A stretch of DNA of 64,000 bases from Penicillus capitatus (lineage: Eukaryota; Plantae; Chlorophyta), in assembly GCA_965649825.1 (NCBI GenBank), contig OZ287698.1, forward strand, positions 697,949-761,948. Reading direction: 5' to 3'. The position numbers were made by a program, and so were the translations under genes. The notes below the pieces were generated by a model, which was not told the DNA's origin, searched no databases, and worked only from the letters and a program-made list of their open reading frames with translations. Of this stretch, positions 24,701 through 34,960 are shown one piece after another (the stretch's first letter is position 1; each line of letters begins with the position of its first letter).

Positions 24701-27700
24701 TTTGCATGTAGGAGCGCTCAACGTGCACGACATGGATCCTGGAGGAACATTTGGTGAGGATAACGAACTCATGATCGAAGGCTGTACGGCCAATGGGCAG
24801 AATGATTTTCGTTATCGAGAAAATGAACTAAGTTGTCCATCGTACTTCCGCTATATCGCCATGGTCCATGCCCGTTCTGTTGGACTGAAGAATACAAGAT
24901 TCATCAAAAACTCAGCGAGAGCAGGAGGTGCCATCTTCACCAACAACCTGACGATGATCAACATTTTACCCGAAACTCAGAGAGATCTCGAAATGACCTG
25001 GAGGTTAGACTATGTCTTGAAGAAAAACGAGTCACATCTGGACGCCTGCGATGTGAGCTTCCACAAAAACGACATTATAGACAATGGGTACGGAGAACGT
25101 GTGGCTTCGACCCCTTTTAAGGCATTTCTCGTCAACCTTGATGAAGGAGAGCACAACAAGAGGGAAGGCTTCAGGAACAGATCTTTCCTCAGTGGTGAAC
25201 GACTCAGATTTAATGTGGAGTTCAGAGACGGCCTCTCCGAGACAGTCACCTACGCCGAAAACCTCACAGCTTATATCAGTTGTCATAAGGCATCCGTCGG
25301 GGAAGAAAGCTCCGATTGCGAACAACTGGAGATCTCTGGACAAAAGACTGCTCAGGTCAACGAGAATGGACAGATGGAGTTCACGGCGGTCAGATTGAGA
25401 GGCCTGAAGGATCACACCTATACACTTCGGGTCGACTATCGCTCGACGTCTACAATTCAGACACTGCATGTGAACCCGTCCTTCATACATGTGACGATGA
25501 GGCCGTGCAAGATCGGCGAGAGGACAGTTAGTAAGGAATCTGAATACCTGGAATGCCGGAAATGTGGCCACAGTGAATTTCAGCCATCTCCCGAGAAGCC
25601 AGTCTGCTTGCCATGCACAGGGCCTGGCAGTCACATCACTTGTGATGGCCAGACGATCGTTCCTCAAGATGGTTACTGGCATGCATCATCATTCTCATTT
25701 GACGCACACGAATGCATCGGGCACGATGCCTGCAGATCAGATGGAATGGGCAAAATGGCACGGGCAGAGAAGCTTCGAGCGATCGCTGTTAAGGAGCATA
25801 ATCAGGAGAGTATAGTGCTGTACAATTCCAACGATAACAGCCTACAATGCAGAGAGGTTAGATACATCCCCATGTCTACTGTGCTATACCTTCGTTTGCC
25901 ATGCAGGGATATCAAGGTATTCTTTGTGGCAGATGCGTGAGTGGTTTTGGAAGAGAAGGAAACATCTGTCGAAAGTGTGCCTCGTCTGCATTACGCTCCA
26001 CTTTGCTGGCAGCGCTTATTCTTTGGTCATTCATTTTCCTTTCGTACATCATCCGATCTATGCTGCAATTGTCCACCCGTATTGAGTTCAACAAGAAATT
26101 CAATCTGGCGATGGACCGGAGGAGAAGAGGCCCAGTAGTAGAAACGCTTCCAGCGCAGGCAAGTGAATCGATTCCTGAAATCGGTCCCAATGGAGCTTCT
26201 GGTGTCCACATCGAGATGGTCGATCTGTCTTTAAACCCAATCACAGAAGTCTCGCCTTCGCTTGATATCGACAGCCAGAAATCCGCTGAAAGCGAAGTAC
26301 AAGAACAACCGGATCGAATCACTTCTGTCACCGCGAATGCAAGCAAGAAATCTGCGAAGAGATTATCCAAACGGCAAGTTTGGAAATCTACTGGAGTAAC
26401 ATGTGAAGGGAATATGCGAAAAAGAGGACGATTGGTGACAATATTCAAAGCAATGCTCGATCCAAACACAACGGAAGAAGTTGAGCCGCTAATCTTGTCG
26501 AATCCCGTTTCAGAATGCCTTAAGGTATGTCAATTTGCTATTCCACCACACTTGCAATTTGCTGTGGCTCCTTAGATCCTCGTCAATTTCCTTCAAGTGA
26601 CAAGCGTTGCGATTTTGATCAATGTTGATTGGGAGAACTCATTAAGGGAGACCTTGTTAACAATGGGTATGCCACCAATAGGTCATGAATTCTTTGCATG
26701 TTTGGATCCTAGATGCGGTTGGAAATCTCCCTTCTGGCAGTGGATATCTGTCCCTGGACTGTTACATGAATGACGGTGGCAGTCCAAAATCTCTTCGACG
26801 TTTGACATTAACCATCCTCTATCCGTTTTTCATGTTTTTTGTCTACGTCATTTTCTGGGGATGTCTCGCTTTGACCAAACGCGCAGAAAACAGGTATGCT
26901 CTCTTTATATGTCTTTTTTCGCTCAGCTTGTTGCTCACAGCTATCTCAGTCAGCGCATCCTGTTGACCTTCTTGGCTATCAACTACTTCGTCTACATCGG
27001 CATGACCAAGAACCTGCTGCGATTCTTCGCTTGCACTCGGGTCACAGATGACAGAGAAGGAGCATACTGGAGTCGATATGTCTGGGAAGAGGACACAGAG
27101 GTTGAATGCTTTCATGGAAGGCATGCTCTGCTCATTGGCTTACTCGTCGTGCCACTGCTCCTGACAGTCTCGTTCGGATACCCAGTAGGGGTCTTCATCA
27201 TCTTGTGGTGCAACAAAGATCGATTGAACGACGAAGACTTTGTTCAGACTTACGGATTCCTTTACAGAGCATATGACAAGAGTTACTGGGAAGTTGCGAT
27301 CATGGCAAGGAAAGCAGCAGTTGCGATCATCGCAGTGTTTTCCTATCGTCTTGGATCGAATCTTCAAGGTCTCTTATGTGTTCTGGTGATTGTTATTGCG
27401 CTCTCTGTGCATTTGGTCGTTCAACCCTTTACCCAAGAGATTCCACAGCTCAATCGACTGGAGACGTCTTCTCTGTCAACTACGATCGTCGTATTCTTGG
27501 CAGGACTGATGATGAATGACGAAAAGACGAGCCACAGAGATCGTTCTCTCGTGAGTCTCTTCGTTATTGTTTTCATTTGCGCCACCATTGTCGGCATCTT
27601 GATGCATCTGGTGTTCGCAACAGAAGAATTCATCGATATGAAATTAGTCGAGGTGGAAGCCATGGATATCCAAGATGTGATCGACACTCGCCTCTCCAGA

Positions 27701-27859
27701 AAAACAGAAGTTCTAGCCGGGCATTATTGGAGAGTATTTGTTAACGGTGTGGCGACGCATTGTACACCGTTTACGAAAAAGTCTCGTCGAGCAAACAGAG
27801 AAATCAAACCAGGTACTAACTCGTTTGAAGGCCCACTCAACCGCACATTTCATATATAG
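21735..27859 (+). CDS. Large surface receptor-like protein, copy A: signal peptide, PMP-type GGA(I/V/L)/FxxN beta-helix repeats, Ig-like segment, Cys-rich region, multi-pass TM domain
   Basis: Signal MEYSSVVWPLLFSFAFFHQAFS; many GGAV/GGAI and FxxN repeats; CKIGE..CRKC..C.PC...P.DGYWH...GYQGILCGRC; TM-rich C-terminus (YGFLYRAY...YWE, HLVVQPF). About 15 short introns, one with a GC donor (22102-22150). Confidence 0.88.
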
Positions 27860-30800
27860 TACAATTTTCTGTGTCTTTGACATCTGAAGGTATTTCGATT
27901 TTTCTCCGTGACCGTTGACAGAAAGTCACTTGAACATAGGATCGGATGCATTTAAGCGTTTGTTTGCTAGCTCTAGGACGGACTTATTCCCGCCTCGAAG
28001 AAGCAACCGTATACTGATACGCCGATAACCATCTGGCCTTAGCAAAAGATGGTTGTATGGACAAATCATCGAATCTGAATGTTTCATCAGAATGATTATT
28101 TTTGCAAGACTGAATCTTTTGTCTTATCACACGACATCAGCCGAAGGTGCTGTATTGTGGCGAAATAAGTGGGTCTTTCATCTTCCCACAGGGTCCGTCT
28201 TTGGATGGGTATGTCTGTTGTGTCTGTTGAATCAGTTCATCCTGTTGATCAATCTCCATCGAGCATTTGAATGCACAAACACATTGGTAGACCAAGTGTT
28301 ACTTGTCATTATGAACTTCGAACCGACCGCGATCGTTGCCACCGGCGTTAGACACTTCAAAATCAAAGCGTGACAGTCACTGTGGACAGGATTACTCGTT
28401 CAATTCAAAGGACAGCAAACCGATCGCTTTTTATCGTTTTCCGAAAGAGACGAGCTGGATGGACTGTCTGTCGGCCTCATTTCTCGAGAAACGACATCTG
28501 GAAAGGAAGATCGCAAAAACGACGACGCTGAGAAGTGGCTCTCCCTTCAGTGTGATCTATCTTCCTTGGCATCGAAATCAAAACAGAAGCGCGAGAAACG
28601 GACTGGCGTTGTACAGTCGGGACATTACCATAAGGACTGACACATTTCAGCTTAGCGGTCAGTAAGTCTCTAAGTCATTGCATCGAGAGTGTTCTTTTTG
28701 TCGAACAGCCGCGGCCCGTGAACCGTTGCAGTTTTGTTCCCACTTGGTTTACGGAATATTTTCAAAATGCTCGTCTACAGCACAGTACTCTAAGATGGAT
28801 AACGAGTAAGTGTCGCTCGACAACAATAAAGGAAGGTGATCCGAACAAAACAAATGATACTCCTACCTGCCAATGCACGTGTCACCTTTTTATTCAATGT
28901 TGGCCATCTTTTGTTCGTTCGACGCGGAGATAGAGGTATCGGATTGTCGTAGTCACTGTTCTTTTCGAGCTGATGCGTTTGAACTCTTCTCCGCTGTGCC
29001 TCCAAGACATCGGCGACAATCATGACATAACAGTGCAGCCTCTGGTTTTCGTTCGATTTGTGTGCGCTGTCATCAAACGATATGGTTTCAAGGTATTTTT
29101 CAGTAGAAAGCGCCGACATTCGAAGGAACTTCATGAGATCTTTTTTTGGTGGTCGATCGACGTACTTCGATGAATACCGTTTCGACTTTGTCGCTTCTTC
29201 CTTTGGCCATAAAACAATAATGATGATTCATTCGGGTTTGATTTGTAAAGGCCGAGTGTCTCATGATGGACGCTAAAAATCGAAGTTGGTAGCAAATGCG
29301 TACAACACTGCTTAAGATTCGTGCGCGTGACAATTGCGCGGACGGTGTTAGAGTTTTCCAGTCGTCCCGAGCTTCAACTCGGCTACGACAGAACATAGAT
29401 ATCTATCAGTTTCTTCTACAACCTGCATCCGAAGAAACAGATCTTCGGTACTCTGTCGACCCTTCCGTCTTCGCCCCATCCTCGCTCTATTGACTGCATT
29501 CTGACTGCAACATACGAAAGCTGAAAATGAGATCAATAGGACATCTAAGACGACTCCTACGAACCTTCATGTTTCTCAAGGTTTGTCGGGCAAGTAAAAT
29601 GCTATCCAGTGAGATACGTTGGATAGCTATCTAATCTGTTCAAAGTGCTTCTTGGTTAAAACAAACAAACTCCAGGAAAACCTTATTAGATGAAAGTTGT
29701 TAAAGTGACGTTAGCCTTTCCCAATGGGCACATAACCGAATTCAAGACTATACACACGTCTGTGAATCTCACTAGCTTCCAAATCATTTAGTCCAACAGT
29801 TGTTCTTCTTCGTTTGATTACTCATTTTGTTCCTATCTGTGCAAAACACTCGACATGAAGGCAGACAAATGTTTCAAAAACTCATATCTGAGTTCAAAGA
29901 CGGTCAAGTTCTAATCCTACTGATCAGAACATGTTAAATAAGATATGCAATTAATTGTCCAAGGCTTTCAAGTAACGGATCCTAGATTACACCTAATGTT
30001 TCGACGCATGCATCATTATAATTAAATCAGCGCGATCTGGTTCGCATGAACAATGAAGTCAAGCCTTCCTCTGTTTGATATAATGTAATATCGGTGTGGA
30101 TAACTTCTCTCAACGACGTGATATTCGCCTTCCCACTATTCAGTAGTCTGTCATGGAATTTCGATATCACGACATTTTATGGTCGCATAAGCATTCTATA
30201 GTTGTTTCTTTGAATCCTTTTGTAAGCGATAAGAATGCATTTTTTTAGTTCGATATCCTTAAGCATCCTTCACTAGAAAATAAACATTCAATAATATGTG
30301 TTATGTGATGAGTTTTTAGCCAGAGTAACGTTGATGCCTCTGCCGCATTCCGCGAAGAATTTGGCCACATCTGTTTTGCTACTTGCTCAGTAAAAGCACG
30401 CCAAATGCTTCGTCATCAGTTTGAGCCTCTTCTAGTTCTTCTTTTACGTTCGTGAAGTGGGATCTATCAAGCAAAGGCACTGAAAATCTTCTTCCTCTTG
30501 CTTCGGTTCACCGTTTAACTTGTTTTCCGGGTTCTGGGCGCGCAAATATACCTCAAGATGCCGTTGTGAAGTAAAGTTGTCTTTGAGACTTGATATCAGA
30601 ATATATATATACCTCAACATGACGTATTGACTGCAAAAACAGGCAACCGGTGCTTCTCCCTTCTTTTGATTCTTTTAGAAGAGTATTAAAAACGTTGATG
30701 CTCGAGATCGCTCGATGACCAACGACTCTACATAACTCATCCCTCCGTTGGGCTCAGTGTGCCAAACATATGGCACAACGGGACATTGTAAATAACTCAC

Positions 30801-31639
30801 GAGCTTTCTACGTTGGGATTAGGTGCTTACTTCTGTATCCTAAGACGTCGGACGGCATACGATGCAGTGTCTTGTAATAGCAGCCTGCTTTGTGCTATTA
30901 AAAACATGACTTCTATTAGCTCAGGTTCCGGTAGAAGTAAGGACATAACTTGCTAGCAGCCCTTAAACATTGCAACAATAAAACACAGAAAACCTTCTGC
31001 CAAATACCTTCCATTGAAATAGCAAACAACTCTAAGACTTTGGGAAATGGAAAGAGTTTAGCAGGCAGAAACACACAACTCGTTATCGACTCTTCCAATC
31101 CTTTACACAATGCTACAGCTTTAATAGTAAAAAGGAATCCGAATCTCTAAGCATCTTTCTTTTCTCACAGACTCGGCCTTTTCCGGTGCAGAAAAATACT
31201 GTTTCGGACATAATTCCAAGTTTTTGTTTCGGCCGTAAGACATTTTAGCCCGTGTTGTCTAGATTTTAAAGCTATTCGCATCTCCCTAAACTCAAGCTTC
31301 CCACTAACTTTGAAAATCCTGGTGTTCCGAATACTGGGTACGCCAACTCATTCAAAACGAGTAATCTTTTTCACATTATCATAATCAAGAGCCAAATCTC
31401 ATTTCCATGTATCCGCCTGAAAGTATCACAACCTTTTCTACCATTGATTGAGCTTAAGCTTCCGCGTGCACTTTTGTTGTCAACGAGGATTCGGACGAGC
31501 ATGAAGTGACTGTCGAGAATCTTGTTCACCCATCTCTTAAGGTCTCTGCGTCTATCACAACGTAGGAAAGGGCATCGACTCGATGCGCATGGTCTGTCAC
31601 AAATGATAAAAAACGTTCGATACTTACCCCGGAGGTCCA

Positions 31640-31687
31640 CTAGTTATCAAGAATCGTGTAAACACTCAACGAAAACAAGGAGTCCAG
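31640..31687 (+). repeat. One unit of the 44-bp tandem repeat plus left TSD CCAG (31684-31687)
   Basis: ctagttatcaagaatcgtgtaaacactcaacgaaaacaaggagt+ccag; same unit as the array at 38110-38330. Confidence 0.95.
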
Positions 31688-31843
31688 TGTTCTGATGGAA
31701 TACGATGAGAATAATCTAGAAAAATGAACATTAAAACGGACGCGCTGGATCACAGGATTGTAACTGCGATCTGTACGTTTCACAAACAAACAGCCTACCG
31801 CGAACGCGCATTCCTTTACCCTTTCGAGCGAATTCTCACAGCA
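31688..31843 (+). repeat. 5' LTR (156 bp)
   Basis: tgttctgatgg...ttctcacagca, identical by eye to 37954-38109; contains TGTAA (chlorophyte-type polyA signal). Confidence 0.97.
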
Positions 31844-34800
31844 TGGTTTCGGAGCGAGGTTTGCATGGCCTGCTCCTCTTCGGATTGAGCCTATTCTGGG
31901 TGACTGCACTATGGGGTCACCAATCTGCTGACCTTTCAGATGTCAGAAAGACCACACTTGAGACTATCCGACACTTCGTACACGGACAAGGCGACTGGAC
32001 AGACGACTACATTTTCGGTATAAAAAGGAATCTGGATCTACAACTGCTCCACGAAACAGGGGAGAGAAAGGCCGTGGCAGTAATCTTGTATTGCACAACA
32101 AACAAGTGTGACAGCATCTCGGAACGGCTCAGGACAATGAGCACCGAAAAAAATTCACACATGGAAGACTGCATGCACTACATAAAGGGACACAGTGAAG
32201 AACACGAGGATCTTGGAGGACAGACGCAAAAAACGATCATTGATGCGATCGGTGAATGTCCAAACAGCGTCATCGTATACGATGCTCTACAGGGAATGAC
32301 CCTGAGTGAGGCGAAGGTTCTTGTCAATGTTCTGTCAGAGGGAGGATCACTTACTTGGGACGGAAAAACGATAAAAACCACAAACAGTTTGCTTTTCTTA
32401 GTAGTGAGTGGGACACAATCCGATAGGGAATGGCGACCGAAGGAGCTTCTAGAGACAGCGCGACACCGAGTATATGAAATGATCGTCGGGGATAGCGAAG
32501 ACAACGAAACCCGTGTCTCGATCGCAAGGGCCCTACGTCGAAGATTTGAAGAGGCTGTGCCGATCTCCCAAGATGATTATCAGAGGGCCCGGGTAGATGA
32601 ACCGGAGGCGATGGTCGAAGAGTCTACAGAAGGCCCAGCCAAGGCCGAGGAACCAGAAGTGATGATAGAGGAATCTAGAGAGAGCCCAGAGCCAACGCGT
32701 GAGGAAAGCCAAGCATCAATGGAAACACCGGAACAAGAAGCAGTGACAGAGACGACTCCGGAAGATGTCTTCAATATGCGAGGAGTTGAAGACGCTCTGC
32801 CTCAAGCTGAGTGGCCGCTCACAGTGGAACCAGGGGAGGTTACGCCAGAGATGGGCTTTCAAGAACGCGCCTTCAACGTATTAACACAGTCGGTATTGAC
32901 AATGGGAATACACGGAATCGTCAATTGGATGGTTGGAGGACGGGTTACCGCAGCAGTATCATCACCTGGGATAATCTCCGCCTTCACCGCAGCGACCCTC
33001 AACAACATGCCAAAGAAAGAAAGTAAAATGGAACGGGACATGAAGGTTTTCCTCCGAACGGCTCACGAATTCATGAAATTGATGAATCACACCGCGGAAG
33101 TGGGGGAGAAACACAAGAAGCCAACGATCGGGAGCGACGACAGGATGTCGGACGATATGGCGGATGAAATGAAGAAGACGTTGCACAACATCAAAGGCCA
33201 CATGGAAAACATCACATCCATCCTCGACGAATGCGCATGTGACGACATAAACGACGGATGGAAAACTAACCGAGGAGAAGAAACCTGGATAGAGAGAATA
33301 GTCACGTGGATCCTCGGCGCTCGAGATAACATGGTGACGTGGACCGTTGGAGTCTTGTGGGATATATTCGGCTGGCCGGCCCTGCGAGGGGCATTGATAA
33401 CGAAGAATGGTTGGCAACTGCTCGGAGTCATGATTGTCCTAGGGAAGATCATAAACTGGATTGGATCGATCTTCGCATGTTTGGCGAGGAAGATAAGAAT
33501 GGTAATAGGCATCGTTCGAGGCCTATGGTGGACAATGAGATTCGCATGGTTTTGCCTAAGATTCGATTGGGAAGGCCTAAAAGGTTTATGGACGTCCAGA
33601 AAGGAGGGACACACGCAGCAGCCTCAGCCTCAGCAACCGCAACCGCAACCGCCTCAAAGAGAAGAAGAAATCGTGACTATAGGTGATGCGAGACAGGAAC
33701 GTATGATGCAAGAAGTCAGAGAAGAGATTCGCAATCTCACAGAAGGTGTTGCGCGAAATGCAGAAGAGATGGAGGAAAGGGTAATCAATCAACAACGGAT
33801 GATGCAAGGCACGATTGAATCAAGCCTCCAAACTTTAAATCGAAGAGTGGAAGAGTTGGACGACAGAATTCGAAGGGATCCACAGGCGCCAAGGCAGCAG
33901 GCACGAGCCCCATCGATGAATGACTGGATTGAAGCGGAGAGAAGGCATCTGGGAGGTGGTATGACAGATCATGACCGCAGACGACTTGAGAGGCAGTATC
34001 GGAGAGTGCAGGAACATGTGCAAAGGCAACCACAAGGAGGAGTGGGAGAAATACAACCAGACGTACATATCGACCAAGTCAAAAGGCAACAAGTTACATT
34101 CGGTCCAGCGATCCAAGATCTGCAAAGAATGTTGCCCAAAGGAAAGGAAGATATTAGCCAGTTTGCGATTCGGTTGACGACTTTAATGGACAAGATCCGA
34201 CATCCAGAGAAGTACATGGTCGCGTTCGAACGCGTTTTTAATATTGCCCATCCGAGAATCCAAGCCCAACTTAGGACGCTTGGCTGTGACAACGCCCAAG
34301 AGTGGTCACGGGTTCGAAGAATCTTACACGAGTTTACATCTGATGGACGAAGCGCGCCAAGAATTCCGTTCCCCGGCAGACAACAGGTCAAATCAAATGG
34401 AAACGGATATTTGTGCGAACACTGCAAAACAAGAGGGCACTCAGCGAGGGATTGTCCACGCAGAAGCACAAAGAGAGTGGCCAAAGACCGTGTTTCTCAG
34501 ACAAACGTAGTACAGACAACCGATACAGAAACGGGGACAAAGCAAAAAAGGTTGATCCGATACAATCTTCCTTTGAAGATTGCTGGCATTCCCAACAAGA
34601 TTTCGTTCTTGTTGGACACCGGGGCAGAAACCAATGTTTTGTCGGAATCCTTGGCTAGAACCCATCAGTTTGTCTTAGAAACAACGTCGACCAAAGAAGT
34701 AACTGGATTTGACAATAGCACGAGTAAACCTTTAGGAGAAGTCACGTTAGATTGTTCTCTTGGCGACAAGGAAACAAAACTCTCGTTCTTAGTATGCAAG

Positions 34801-34935
34801 GGGGTGACAAAGCCAATTTTGGGGTTAGAAGCTTTACAAACGCTAGGCCTCCGTTTAGATTGCGAACAAGATTGTGTTTTTGATAGTGACGGTAGAAAGA
34901 TTCTTATTCACCAGGTATCATTGCCAAAAAACTGA
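31843..34935 (+). CDS. gag: ORF1: signal peptide + degenerate Torsin/LAP1-like AAA+ domain + hydrophobic segments + Gag (coiled coil, CCHC knuckle) + aspartic protease
   Basis: 1030-aa ORF; N-terminal GLHGLLLFGLSLFWVTALWG; CPNSVIVYD...DGKTIKTTNSLLFLVVS...RRRFEEAVPI; CEHCKTRGHSARDC; FLLDTGAETNVL...ILGLEAL. Confidence 0.92.
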   Translation: MVSERGLHGLLLFGLSLFWVTALWGHQSADLSDVRKTTLETIRHFVHGQGDWTDDYIFGIKRNLDLQLLHETGERKAVAVILYCTTNKCDSISERLRTMSTEKNSHMEDCMHYIKGHSEEHEDLGGQTQKTIIDAIGECPNSVIVYDALQGMTLSEAKVLVNVLSEGGSLTWDGKTIKTTNSLLFLVVSGTQSDREWRPKELLETARHRVYEMIVGDSEDNETRVSIARALRRRFEEAVPISQDDYQRARVDEPEAMVEESTEGPAKAEEPEVMIEESRESPEPTREESQASMETPEQEAVTETTPEDVFNMRGVEDALPQAEWPLTVEPGEVTPEMGFQERAFNVLTQSVLTMGIHGIVNWMVGGRVTAAVSSPGIISAFTAATLNNMPKKESKMERDMKVFLRTAHEFMKLMNHTAEVGEKHKKPTIGSDDRMSDDMADEMKKTLHNIKGHMENITSILDECACDDINDGWKTNRGEETWIERIVTWILGARDNMVTWTVGVLWDIFGWPALRGALITKNGWQLLGVMIVLGKIINWIGSIFACLARKIRMVIGIVRGLWWTMRFAWFCLRFDWEGLKGLWTSRKEGHTQQPQPQQPQPQPPQREEEIVTIGDARQERMMQEVREEIRNLTEGVARNAEEMEERVINQQRMMQGTIESSLQTLNRRVEELDDRIRRDPQAPRQQARAPSMNDWIEAERRHLGGGMTDHDRRRLERQYRRVQEHVQRQPQGGVGEIQPDVHIDQVKRQQVTFGPAIQDLQRMLPKGKEDISQFAIRLTTLMDKIRHPEKYMVAFERVFNIAHPRIQAQLRTLGCDNAQEWSRVRRILHEFTSDGRSAPRIPFPGRQQVKSNGNGYLCEHCKTRGHSARDCPRRSTKRVAKDRVSQTNVVQTTDTETGTKQKRLIRYNLPLKIAGIPNKISFLLDTGAETNVLSESLARTHQFVLETTSTKEVTGFDNSTSKPLGEVTLDCSLGDKETKLSFLVCKGVTKPILGLEALQTLGLRLDCEQDCVFDSDGRKILIHQVSLPKN
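31844..31862 (+). promoter_or_regulatory. Primer-binding site, tRNA-iMet-like
   Basis: TGGTTTCGGAGCGAGGTTT directly after the LTR, compared with plant iMet PBS TGGTATCAGAGCCAGGTTT. Confidence 0.75.
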
Positions 34936-34960
34936 CAGAGGAGCCTGTTTTTCAGCAGGC
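34926..34960 (+). promoter_or_regulatory. Predicted -1 ribosomal frameshift signal (A AAA AAC + downstream stem GCCTG/CAGGC)
   Basis: Heptamer 34926-34932 sits in XXXYYYZ phase just before the ORF1 stop; the -1 frame is stop-free from 34932 into ORF2 (35139-34932=207 nt, in frame). Confidence 0.85.

Noticed and set aside
21735-27859. PMP-like repeats as bacterial contamination or recent HGT
   Set aside because: The gene has many spliceosomal introns, a eukaryotic Cys-rich/multi-TM C-terminus and a paralogue with the same intron positions.
28053-31640. Short ORFs in the AT-richer spacer (including a faint BED-finger/hAT-like reading near 30550-30650)
   Set aside because: No convincing motif, terminal repeats or splice chain; may be very decayed TE sequence.
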